DNA of 64,000 nucleotides from Antedon mediterranea (lineage: Eukaryota; Animalia; Echinodermata): assembly GCF_964355755.1 (NCBI RefSeq), contig NC_092675.1, positions 7,869,812 through 7,933,811 on the forward strand, written 5' to 3'. The notes under the pieces are model-generated. The model was not told where the DNA came from. It worked only from the letters and a program-made list of their open reading frames with translations, and searched no databases. Each line of letters starts with the position of its first letter. The first letter of the stretch is position 1. The position numbers and the translations under genes are program-made. Below, one piece after another: positions 11,030 through 22,259 of the stretch.

Positions 11030-14000
11030 AACACCCAAACATACAGGGCTGAAAATATAACCTCCTTGGCGGAGGTAATTACTTTAAGCATTGACCACCT
11101 AAACAGTTGTCGACATGACAAGTAAACTAAAAGCTATATGATAAAAACAAATAATAAAAAAAGAAAACAAATAACATTGTGAATATGAATGGGATCATAT
11201 TATTATGCCATAATAGTTAAAACTTACTAATACAAGATTATTATTATCAACAAAACAGAAAAAAAGATTGTTTAAATATAGATAAATAAGGAAATGTAGT
11301 CCTTAATTAGTGATTTCTAATAAGTGATTTTGAAACTGATTCCTATATTTTTTACTTCAAATGAAGTTTCAGAGAAAGTAGTAATGTGTTTATTTTTTCA
11401 GATGTGACCACCGATGTAGTGCTGTTGACTCACGAATATATCTGTTTGGTGGTTGTCATGGATACCAGTTGTTCCTTAATGATCTGTATGTTCTTGATAC
11501 AGGCAAGTAACTTCCTAGTCTAGGTTCTAAACTGTGTTTCAACGTAATATTAGTAAAAAGATAAATATTTTGGCACATATGGCATTTCATATGTGTAATT
11601 CTTGTTTCCAGACTAAAATCGAAACGCTGTCTGGTGGAATAACATAAAAAAGATATGTATCTACAGATTTGGGGCAAGCCAAGTAAATTCCAAACAACTG
11701 TCTGTGATATCTTAGTGTGAACAGAGTTTTTAAACAGAACGTGTGACAAAATCATCAAAAATAATAAAAAAGTATTTTGTAAATGTTATAATATACTGAT
11801 ATTACATTTTTTTTATATAAAATTGATTTATATGTTTTGCCAGATAATCATATACTGAGAACATCGCACCAGAAATTTTGAAATGAAGATTTTATTGTAG
11901 TTATTATTACTATAAATAATGTGTAATGTTCTTTCTTATCGTATTATCAATAGATAGTCTTGTTTGGACAAAGCCAGAGGTCAAAGGTGAAGTACCTTGT
12001 AAAAGAGGATCACATTCATTTACAGCACACTCAGATAAGGTATTGATGTGGATTATTGTCATATTGCCAAAGTAATTATTTACAGTAGTGGTTGGAAGAG
12101 ATACCATGTTTGTTGGGAAATCAAAAAAAAGTTATAGTTATACAAATACACATGATTTAGCCGTAATTGGTTATTCAAGTTTTTCCCCACTCTCTTAAGG
12201 GTCTTTCACACCTGTACCGGTCCGGTGCCGGGAAAATCCAATCGAACGTCAATGTTTCGTTTTCACGCGGCTATGTGCATATCGATTGGCGCATAGCCGC
12301 ATGGAGCGCCATGAAAACGAAACATTGATGTTTGATGCGCCGGACCATAACCGTGCCGGAACAGGTGTGAAAGACCTTTTATACTTATTTGTAAATATTT
12401 CCATGTGCATATAATGTAATTAAAATCAACAACCATTGCACGCAAATACTGTACAGCCATTAGATAATCACAGCAAAAAACTGATTGGCTTAAAGTTTTA
12501 ACCACTCACAATCACTCATGGACCTATGCTTGTCTTCCAATCCCAAGGTTCAGGGTTCAATGCTGACCTAGTGCCAGGGTTCAATCCTGACCTAGTGCCA
12601 GGGTTGTAACTCAAGACTCTTTCATCTCCACTCCCTAAGCCTTAGTTTATAAGCAGGATAAATTATTAAACAGTTTATCCATCCTGTAATTGTCGAGTTA
12701 CTCGCTGTTGGATGCGTATGAAAAGAAGATAAATTATGAAATTGTTTATCCATCCTTTAATTAGAGAGTTACTTGCTGTTGGATGTGTATGAAATAACAA
12801 ACAAATTTGTAAATGTGTTTTGTAATAGATAATTGTTTTTGCATTATGTTTTTGTTTGAAGGACTTGTATGTATTTGGTGGTTTAGGTGTTGTTGGTACA
12901 TCGGATGTCATATTGAATGACCTCTACAAGTTGAGCATTGACACATTAAAATGGAAGCAACCATTCTTCATCTCTGAGCCACCAACTAATCGATTCAATC
13001 ACTCGGCAATTATTTACAAAAATCATGTAAGATCTTGTTATTAAATGTAAAATGTATTCAATCAAAAATGTAACTGGTTCATGTACAAACATAAGAAAAA
13101 ACTACTCTGTTCCCAGGATCTAGCCCTTAATCTTGGTTCCCACTTAAGCTTGGTTCCCACTAGTGACGCAACCTACGCAACATAAGAAAATTCCCTTCCA
13201 ATAATTGTGTTTGCTCCCGTCTGCGTGAAATCACACTTGTGATTACGCAATACAGCACTTTGCGTCGATACGTCGCTGCGTTACGTTGCATTGCGTTCTA
13301 GTGGGAACAATGGAAGCATGAAGCAATTTATTTTTTTCAATCACAACATGATGGATCATCCAAACTGTCACTTGTGATTGGTCAACTTGTTTTAGTTAAA
13401 GTTAAGCTGCAGTATAATTATCAACAAAAGTTTGAATTCCTGTCATTATTAGAGTTAGACTTTAATTAGTAGAGTAAAAGCTTACTTGTTGTCCTTAAAT
13501 GATGCAATTAATTTTTCTGTGAGAAAGACCTCAAATCAAATTCTGATTTTGAAAAAGATTCCAGTTTTTTGTTTTCATTTTTTCGAGCGAGTCTGTAGCC
13601 GAGCAGTTAAGACAGTGGAACTGTAATTACATAGCCATAACATTGGCAAGGGTTCGAGGCTCATTCGCTCCATGGTTCTGGTGGTAGAACAAGTCTTTTC
13701 AGATAAGGACTATAAACCATATGTACAAAGAACCTAGTACATATTTCGAGTAGGTGTTACCCCGGTGTACTGGTACACACACAGCCACTGATCATAACTG
13801 TGCCCTCAGAAAGACCAGCCTTTGACTAAAAAGGTTACCCAGTATAAATAAATTTCAAATTTAACATTTTATGAGAGTTGACTGCATATCAGAGTAAAGT
13901 AAATGATCCCGACCACTTGAATAGATTGTTCATTTTTTCTATTTTTACAGTTATACGTTATCTATGGCACCAATGAAGATGATGATTTGTTCGACGTAAG

Positions 14001-14424
14001 TGTTACACGTCTTATCAATCCATCACAACGAAAGCCATGTGAGTTTTTATTCTTTAGTTTTTTTCTACTTTATCTTTATTACCTTTACAAAGTACTTTAC
14101 TTTATACATTAAAACCCCTCTTAATGGGCACCCCTATTAAGCAGACACTTTCTGTTATAACAAACAATGTATAATATATGTTTTAACACACTGGTCAACC
14201 TCTATTCAGGGGACACTTTCCTTTGAAATTAGCAAAGAGTATGTATGTTTTAACACTACTGTACAGCCAGTCCTAATAAAGGAAAACTTAGTTGAGTCTT
14301 GAATAAAATTTCTACTTTATTTGTGATACTAAGATTTTAAAAGTATTTTTCTTTGCTTTCTTTATTAGTAAAATTACCACCAGATGAAGTCCACTCTTTA
14401 CTTCAAAAAACCAACAAAAGATGA
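8165..14424 (+). CDS. Kelch-repeat beta-propeller protein (RABEPK/KLHDC-like); exon 1 to exon 2 junction is out of phase
   Basis: Exons 8165-8232, 8691-8766, 9645-9733, 10149-10347, 11402-11502, 11954-12039, 12862-13026, 13951-14038, 14369-14424 (TGA). Kelch motifs: PDSRDGHSLSSIGSDLYLHGG, LCHDTAVARGNLYVIGG, PTPRCDHRCSAVDSRIYLFGG, PCKRGSHSFTAHSDKDLYVFGG, PTNRFNHSAIIYKNHLYVIYG. Exons 2-9 splice in frame. Confidence 0.85.
8819..9477. mobile_element. MITE family B copy interrupted by a ~490-bp insertion
   Basis: Left arm 8819-8887 and right arm ~9379-9477, with TAA on both sides. Confidence 0.75.
8888..9080 (+). mobile_element. RTE-clade LINE ORF2 C-terminal fragment (degenerate)
   Basis: GKAATTFGRFRACVWNNHHNLTIK, then after a frameshift VLLYCSESWT...HQEKRLNYFHFRCLRSIL, typical of RTE reverse-transcriptase C-termini. 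Confidence 0.75.
10484..11078. mobile_element. Helentron-associated non-autonomous element (HINE/DINE-1-like)
   Basis: Begins AACTAGAG. SubTIR ACCTCCGCC (~10510) is complementary to the terminal hairpin ACCTCCTTGGCGGAGGT (~11060-11076). Internal GACCTTGACC repeats, duplicated GAGAATCGGATAAAAACTGTGG and a (CA)n microsatellite. Related copy at 58253. Confidence 0.7.
12198..12377. mobile_element. MITE (TIR AGGGTCTTTCACACCTG)
   Basis: GGTCTTTCACACCTGTACCGG ... CCGGAACAGGTGTGAAAGACC inverted ends. Confidence 0.75.
13131..13310. mobile_element. MITE family A relative with duplicated left end
   Basis: CTTGGTTCCCACT occurs twice; right end CTAGTGGGAAC. Confidence 0.65.
13588..13860 (+). mobile_element. 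tRNA-derived SINE
   Basis: A-box-like TAGCCGAGCAGTTAAGAC and B-box-like GGTTCGAGGC; body ...GGTGGTAGAAC...GATAAGGACTATAAACC. Reverse-strand copy at 59340-59605. Confidence 0.7.
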
Positions 14425-14658
14425 TGTGATTTTGTTTTCATTTAGTTAACCTCTATTTTTATTAAGTTTCTCAACTATTACAGCAAGCAACACATTGTTC
14501 ATAAAAAAAAAATCATTTTTATAGAGGGAATAACACATGTTGTTTAAGCATTTAAAAAAATGATTTATACAAATGAAAATGTTAACATTTTTAACCACAA
14601 TTATGTTTAAAAATAAAAACAAAAACCATGAACTATAAACTGCAAAAGAATTTCGAAT

Positions 14659-17600
14659 TTAGGTTTTTACTTTCGTTTCAACTGCCAGATCTTTCTTTTC
14701 ATCGTATCTGGTTTCTTTTAATTCAACTGTCCCATTAAAACCATTGTTATAGTGTCCTCCCGACTCTACATCATTTTGTTCCATTTTCTTATCCTGGTCA
14801 TCTGATTGGTTTAAGATATCTTGCGACATGTGGTTGACAATCCCTGCACCAATTGAGTCTCCCTCTACGTTGACAACGGTGCGAAGACGATCTCTAAAAA
14901 GTATAAATACAGAATGTTGTGTACACTATCAACCAAGAATGGCAATTCTATTGACATCTTCAAACAGTTGCTGAAAACCTATCTATTTCGCATAGCATAT
15001 GAAATGATGTAATTTCTACCTGTTCGGTCTTAATATAATATAATATTATACAAATAATGAATGTTTATGAGTGCAATGGTACAAATAATGGCACGAGGTG
15101 AATGATGAAAGGTTATATCAACGAGGCAAAGCCGAGTTGATATAACCTTTCATCATTCACCAAGTGCCATTATTTGTACCATTACACGAATACAAAACAT
15201 TCATTATTTGTTTTATATAACATCTAGACGTTTTTTTTTCGTACACAAAAATGTTTCAAAAAGTACTATTTAACGATCGTTGAATAGTGCGTACTATTGC
15301 ACGCCATGTGACCCACATTCGTCCAATCAAATGACAGGAATTTATATAGGTGTTATATAAAACAATTTATATAGCGCACATATCCACTAAAAGTACTCAA
15401 GGCGCTAATACTTCATTAATACCATATGCCTCAGCAAAAAGGTATGATTTTAATGATTTTTTAAAAGAATTAATTGTATGGCAATGTCTAATCCATTCAG
15501 GAATGTCATTCCACAGACGCGGAGCATTAATAGAAAAAGCACGATCTCCAAATGAGTGATGAGATTTCGGTTGAAATAAAAGCAACTTATTGGATCGTAA
15601 ATTACATTTAGGAGAGTATAAGCCCAGCATATCAGTCACATGTAGCGCTTTAGAGAAATTTATTTTGTTAAGCGCAAAAGACAATTATTAGTCTTTTTTA
15701 CATTCAAATATCCCTGTGTTAAAGTAACGAGTATTGTTTTGTAATTTATGTACTTTTTTATTGATCCATAAAACATAGTAGCAGGGCTAATAAAAGACTA
15801 TATAACAACTACAGTAGTGTTTACATTCTGTTAAATCTTAATAGTATCTATTTATTGCGAATGATAAGGTTGATGATCTCTTCAGTAGCAGCAGTTCTAC
15901 TAAATAACAGATAAACTATTTATAAATCACATATATTTGTGTGTTAGGTCTGTGATGAAGCTTGTCGATTCTGCACACAATTCTTGTTACTGTATCTCCA
16001 TAATAATAATAAATATTCATAATTTGTCCAGTATTCTAATAATACAGTATCATATATTTATCACAACTTGTATTATTTTAGGTTAGGATATGCCTATGAT
16101 ACTGGGGTCACATTTGATCTGTATGTGACACTATAAATACAGGACAGATAATGCATACAGTATAACGAGAATCGGTCGGATAGATTGTAAATACTAGGTA
16201 ATTACTAGGCTCATGGAGGAAATATATTTCCTCCATGCTAGGCTTTAAGCTCTGTCTACAATATCAAACTTTATGGGACAACAAAACGTGATGTGCCTAT
16301 ATATGAACATGATGATGTCATATCACTACCATATTTGGGCATATCACTACCCTATTTGGAAACATCACACTTTTTTTGTCACTCTAGTTTGATAGTGTAG
16401 ATAGAGCTTTACTTACAAAATAAAATCAACTGCTAAAATCAGTGCAATGTCATTGGTTGGTAAGTTCACCGCTGTCAGAACAATCACCATTGTCACCAGA
16501 CCCGCTTGAGGAATTCCAGCAGCTCCAATACTAGCAAATGTAGCCGTCAAACTGATGGTGATGATCTGGCCAACGTTTAAAGGAATGTTATTTATTTGTG
16601 CAATGAAGATAGCCGCAACAGCCTCGTACAGTGCCGTGCCATCCATATTGATTGTTGCACCGATTGGAAGCATGAAGCGGGACACTCGTCTGTCGATTCC
16701 ATTCTTTTCTTCCAGACATCGTGTTGTCACGGGCAGGGTTGCAGAACTGAAAAGATTCCGAAAACGGAATTTGAAATAGGTACCAATTCTTTGCAACATT
16801 TGTTACACCATGGGCCTCTAATTTATAGGTTCATGAACACAAAATGTCAAGCTGATTCTTCCCTGAGCATATTAACGCTAAAATGTGGGACATTTTCATA
16901 CCAGAACTGTTTCACGCAAGCATTCATGTAACACGTTTTCGGGAATTGATTACTTCGTTTTTATAATGAAGGACTGCAGAAAACCTGTGAAGAACTCTTA
17001 CCTCGATGATGTTCCAAGAGCCGTCATGAAAGCCGAAGAAACATTGATAAGAAATGCATATGGATTCTTCCGTGTGAACACAAAGTACAGCAGAGGAAGG
17101 ATGATGAATCCGTGTATGAACAGACCAGCTACGACAGTTCCCATGTACGCGCCGAGTTTTGCAAATAATTCTCCCCAGTCTTCTACCTCGATCATACTTC
17201 CTGTTATCAGAAAAAGAATGCCAATTGGAGCATACCTGAAATTAAAATAAACAGAAGGTTATTGCGGCATTTCTATACCAAGGAATATAAATTAGTACTG
17301 GACATTTCACTTTTAAGTGAACAGGGAAGTTATACACTTTTCCGTCAAATTATCAATTCTTCTGGGATGCAAACACTTGAAAATTGTATCTTCATGCTAA
17401 AGTCTATACATACAACATTTTAATAATACATACCACATAATTACTGTTACTAATTTCATAATTGCTTCGTTAGTAGCACCAAAAAAATTGACGACAACTT
17501 TTCCATCTTCCCCAACACGAGCAATCGCTACACCAAATACTATAGCAAAGACAACAATACCAAGGATGTTCATGCTATCTGACATAACACCAACATATAG

Positions 17601-20600
17601 AGTTGCCGCTGTGGAGTTAGTATGATAAACGATGACGTAATCCATTCCCGTGTTGACGATCATTGCCATCGTCTTTTCAAGTTCGTGAACCTCTTTTGTA
17701 AGAGATGCTATCTGGTTAAGTTCTTCCAAATCACCAGTTAAAGGAGATGAGCTTAGAGTCATGAGTTCAATCATAATTATGTTCATTCTCTTTAAGATTG
17801 CATTTATGTCAGTCATGACGTCATAACTGTTTGCTTTTTCTATGTCAAGTAAGTAAAGTAAATTAACAGTCATGTGCATTGAACTCATTGTAAGATCATT
17901 TAGATTCAATGAACTTTTGATATCTATGACATGCATTGACGTCATAGTCATATTCATCATGATCGTCATGATTTCATTGATTTCAACAAATGACGTGTTC
18001 TTGCCGCTTTGTTCGATGACGTCAATCAGACTTCCACTGACGTCATTCACATCTCTCATTATTTGATTGATCTGATTATAATCGATCATGAAAAAGACCT
18101 CATTGATTCCATTCAGAGTTGAACTAAGAGCAACAGCTGAGTCCTGCATTGCTGTGGCAGGGACAGGCGACAACCCGACTAATCTAACCATCTCCCGCGC
18201 TGTTGAAACTAGTAAAAATGATAACTCTGTTGATTCGTTGCTAAGCATCTTCATCTCTGATTCGCTAACGAGATCATCACCGGTTAGGCCTATCTCAGTT
18301 AATTGCGTCTGCAAAAGGTCGCGTTTATCGGAAGTATGTTTCATAAGCAGATCCAGTGATGTGGTCGGTGTTAGAAGATCTTCTCTAACGTTATCTACAA
18401 ACACCAAACTCGAGTCAACCTCCTGCAGAAAGACATCCATGTCAGCTCGTACCTCCACATAAGACAAGCGACTGGAGTTAAAGTCTGCCATTTTCTTGCC
18501 AATGATCATCAAACTACCGTTAATGGCAGAAAGTGAAGATGCAACAGAAACACCAGAACTGATCATTAGGTTTGAAAGATCGTCAGAACTTACTGGTTCT
18601 ATGGCTTCTTCTTGCATTTCAGTTTTGTACTGGAAATATAACCATATTTTCTTTACAACATAGAGTCAATTATAATCATTATATGCGTGCTAGCTTAGTT
18701 GTGCATTGAACTTCTACACCAGGATGACTATCTCTTTTGAAAGAGTCTAAACCTTTTTAAAAACCTCCTATTTCAGAAGGCGTAAACCCCGTTATAAAAT
18801 CGGGAGATATTTATTTCATTGTGAAACATACAGTGATTAAATTATACCCATATATATAAGTTCTTAAAGTTATAAAATTCCCGATTTAGGAGCAGATCCT
18901 TTATCGAATCGAAAGCACAAGCTATGATCAACCAGGTCTACTTACCGTCCTGAAAGTTGCTTCAACCAGATTTGACGGAAACATGCTCCTAAAGATACAA
19001 CGAACACATTTCAATCAAAGATTTATTTATTTGACACATTTTCTAATTATTGCTATTTTACTCTATTTTTAACATTTTCTATATTATTTTAATTTTTTTT
19101 AAACACACAAATTACATTCTTCAATTCACTAAACAAAAGTTGTGACCGTTACGTCATGAGTTCGACCAGCTGCGGTTAATACGACTATCTTACAGTAACA
19201 TCTTTGTAAAATAATTGCATTCGAATCAATCGATGATTTTATCGTCTAATCGACATAAGATAAATACAATTAAGTATGTTTTTCGTTTACATTTCATCGG
19301 TTTATCGGTATTGCTATTGTGATATTTCTATCAGACTAACATGCTGCCGCCAAATGTCGTTTACGGAAACACAATGTTTACGTTAGATTATAATTCTATG
19401 GAAACATTACTATGTTGTATGTACAAACATGTACAAGGTTTGATTTTCGGTGATTCCCCCAAAATGTTTTAATAGTCAAAATATTTGGTTATTTGAATGT
19501 TTACAAACAAACACATTTTTTTAATAAGCAAGAACAAGATATTTTAAAGGTATATGGATAAAATTATGAATGGTATTTAATCGGTATAGAATCTACATAT
19601 TATTACTAAATTGGTCGCGTAATTTTACGTATCTCCTCCGCGCGCATCATCTAATTTCGACTACCACCACCATGTGCACTTTTTTTGTGTTGATTTCCGT
19701 AAGCAGCTGTTGTTTTATTATTCTAATACTTCACAATTCTATAAATAGCAATTTATATTTTATCATTGAAAAGTTTTACACTGCCGCCGACTGATTGAAA
19801 GAGTTCAACGTGCATGTCCCTCTCATGCACGTTGTCACTTTCTGATACGCATCCTAAATTAATATTCACACAGTACGATTTCTTTAGCGTCTTTTATTTT
19901 TGTTCCATATCCTGTATTGCTTTCATTTTTTAGCTTACAGATATTTCAAAGTGAAGGAATACTTCGTGTATAATAACATCAATGGCCGTAAATAGTTCCG
20001 AAATTTATTCTTGACAATTTTTTTTTTGTCAGAGTACTTTTATCAGGGAAGAGTGCGCTTTTATTATGCTTACTCATCCTATGCGAATTAGTATATAACC
20101 ACATATTAAGGCAGAAAAGGGTTACTGCTAGTATTTCTTATTTACTTTGATTGTTTAAATACCGTAAAGCTAACACTAATTGTACAAACGACGGGTAATT
20201 ATTTAAAAAGTGCGACAGGTCATAATTATTACAAAGTGCGACGTCTCAACAAAGTGCGACGGACAATTATTTAAAAAGTGCGACAGGTCATAATTATTAC
20301 AAAGTGCGACGGACAATTATTTAAAAAGTGCGACAGGTCATAATTATTGCCAATTGCGACGGCTCAGTTTATAATTACAAAATGCGACAACCCAACTTAT
20401 TATAAAGTGTGAAATCTCTAAGTCATATTAGTATACAGATCAACAGCACAGTTGTTAGAGCGACGTTCAGTTATCAAAGTTCCATTATAGTTACATTATA
20501 CTATAATAATTACACATTAACTCTAACGTGTATTGGGTGTTTACTATAAAATTAACAACGGCAAATATTGTTAACAAAATAAACATTTGTTTTTGTTTTA

Positions 20601-21450
20601 TTTTCACTCTTTTTTCCAATTTAATGTTCTATTTTATTTCTACCATGAAAACTTTTTAATAGATACTTGTGGAATATATCAACATGTTAAATCTAAGCAG
20701 AAATGTTGGAATATAGATGTGAAAAAAGAAGCACGACCTCAGCAATCGTTAATCGTTATTGCAATAGAAAATACAAAATGGAATTACTCCAGAAGACGGT
20801 TGTAGCATACGTGAAGACATTCCCAATTCACAGTTTCTGTTTGGAAACCCATGCACATACCACAATTAAGCCTTAATTTACTCTAACATTAAAAAAATAT
20901 AAGAGAGAGACTATTTTTGCACACCACCTATGCCCATTCTCTGAAAGTCGTCTTCTTAACATGAATAAAGTACACTAGCCTACCTTATGAGATCCATGAA
21001 GGCATAAGCTGTCCCAACAGACGCTTCCTCCTCTGAACTCTCACCAACATCTCCACTTATTTCACCAGGTCTTATCGTAAGCACCAACAAAATCCCGAGA
21101 AAAACGGCGATAATTGTTGTCGAAATGTAATAAACCACTGCCCTGATTCCCAGCTTTCCAGACATTGACGAATCCAACGATGCTAGGCTGGAAACCAAAC
21201 TTGAAAAAATCAAGGGTAGTATCATCATCTTTAACATGTTCATGAATATATCGCCAGGAAAGGATATGTAGTCAATTTGCTCTGGAGTAAAATCAAATAG
21301 TTTGCCGAATAACCAACCGAAAAAGAAACCGAGGATTACGGATGAAATCAACAGAATTAATAGAATATTTTCTTTGCTGATTTTGCACTGTTTCCCTTTT
21401 TCATCGTCGCTGTCTTTAAAGACATACTCATCTTTAGACCCGAGTGCCAT
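14659..21450 (-). CDS. SLC1 family excitatory amino acid (glutamate/aspartate) transporter, ~834 aa, with giant extracellular insert
   Basis: Exons 21450-20984, 18988-18946, 18629-17434, 17235-17002, 16746-16417, 14893-14659 (TAA), 2505 nt in frame. Motifs: [57 protein letters not shown] (HP1), [19 protein letters not shown] (TM7), [15 protein letters not shown] (HP2), [18 protein letters not shown] (TM8). NMDGT plus the TM8 Arg indicate acidic substrates, as in EAATs. The vertebrate paralogue cannot be assigned. Confidence 0.95.
15049..15364. repeat. Long palindromic dispersed repeat (family E), fuller copy
   Basis: ~160-bp near-perfect fold-back centred on CAACGAGGCAAAGCCGAGTTG, plus a second inverted pair TGTTTTATATAACATCTA / TAGGTGTTATATAAAACA. 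Confidence 0.8.
15397..15640 (-). mobile_element. L2/CR1-group LINE 3' end fragment
   Basis: [36 protein letters not shown]....[12 protein letters not shown], a characteristic L2-type ORF2 C-terminus. A smaller similar tail lies on + at ~14945-15000. Confidence 0.85.
16248..16408. mobile_element. MITE family B copy
   Basis: Both TIRs present, with TTA direct repeats on each side. Confidence 0.85.
20197..20412. repeat. Tandem AATTATTACAAAGTGCGAC-type repeat
   Basis: About 8 variants of ATTAT(T/A)(T/C)AAA(A)GTGCGAC in SLC1 intron 1. Confidence 0.75.
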
Positions 21451-22259
21451 TTTCAATTGTGGTGGACGAGTATGCACGTCGTGTACGTAATCTTCCTTTA
21501 TTCTTTTTCTAATTCAACACCAAAATGTGTTAACCCGCTGTTGTTTCACTTTTGTCGAGATAATGATATCATTAATTTATGGAAAGACAATATGAAAGTC
21601 TTCATAAATCAGCGATAGGGACGGAACGTTTGCAATAGCCATTGGCTGAGGTTGTAGATAACAACTTAAGTAGGCTATCTTTATTGGTCAGTAAAAATCT
21701 CAAAGCTTTATTCTTTTATTGACATTATTTTGGTTAAACATCTCGGCAATGATTCTGTTTACAAGCCAAATTTAATCAGTTACTGAACAACCGAACGCGT
21801 TTCAATATTATACACCTATTTATTAGTCACAGGTTCAATTGGATTGGTCGATTATATGTTGTGTCCATACTTTGTCTAACGTCTATTTACATTTTGGCAC
21901 ACTCGGGAGTGGCATGTGTGCTTATAGATCAACGTATGAGAAAGAGAAGGCTTTCTCATGTGTTGGAGTGAGTTCAATTTTGACTATTTTTAATATTATT
22001 TTGAGATGATTAAAACACACAATTAATATTAAAAAAGCAATCAGATCGCACGCTACATTATATTTCTAGAACATGTACTGTTTTTTTTAAAAGAAAAAAG
22101 TGTTTTTTTAAATGTCAATGAGGTGGATCACCGATCAGTTTTTGTGTTTAATAACATGTTTTCTTCTATTCCAACTTTTCTTCTTATCTTTTATTATGTT
22201 TTGATACAAACAAGAACATGTTTAAAATACCAAAAGACAACACCAATATTATGTGTGCT

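Noticed and set aside
13588-13670. Functional tRNA gene (also 45337 and 10625)
   Set aside because: I could not build a convincing cloverleaf, and each continues into repeat body sequence, so they are treated as SINE or TE parts.
17872-18462. Antisense ORFs over SLC1 exon 3 (and similar ones over 16555-17250, 21302, 44439, 44754, 61225)
   Set aside because: These are shadows of real coding exons on the opposite strand, with no independent motifs.
20197-20412. Short repeats with variable gaps resembling repeat-spacer structure
   Set aside because: The gaps are a few bases and are themselves repeated; this is an ordinary degenerate tandem repeat.
21451-21477. N-terminal extension MHTRPPQLK of SLC1 in the ORF track
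   Set aside because: It starts at GTG; the first in-frame ATG is at 21450.
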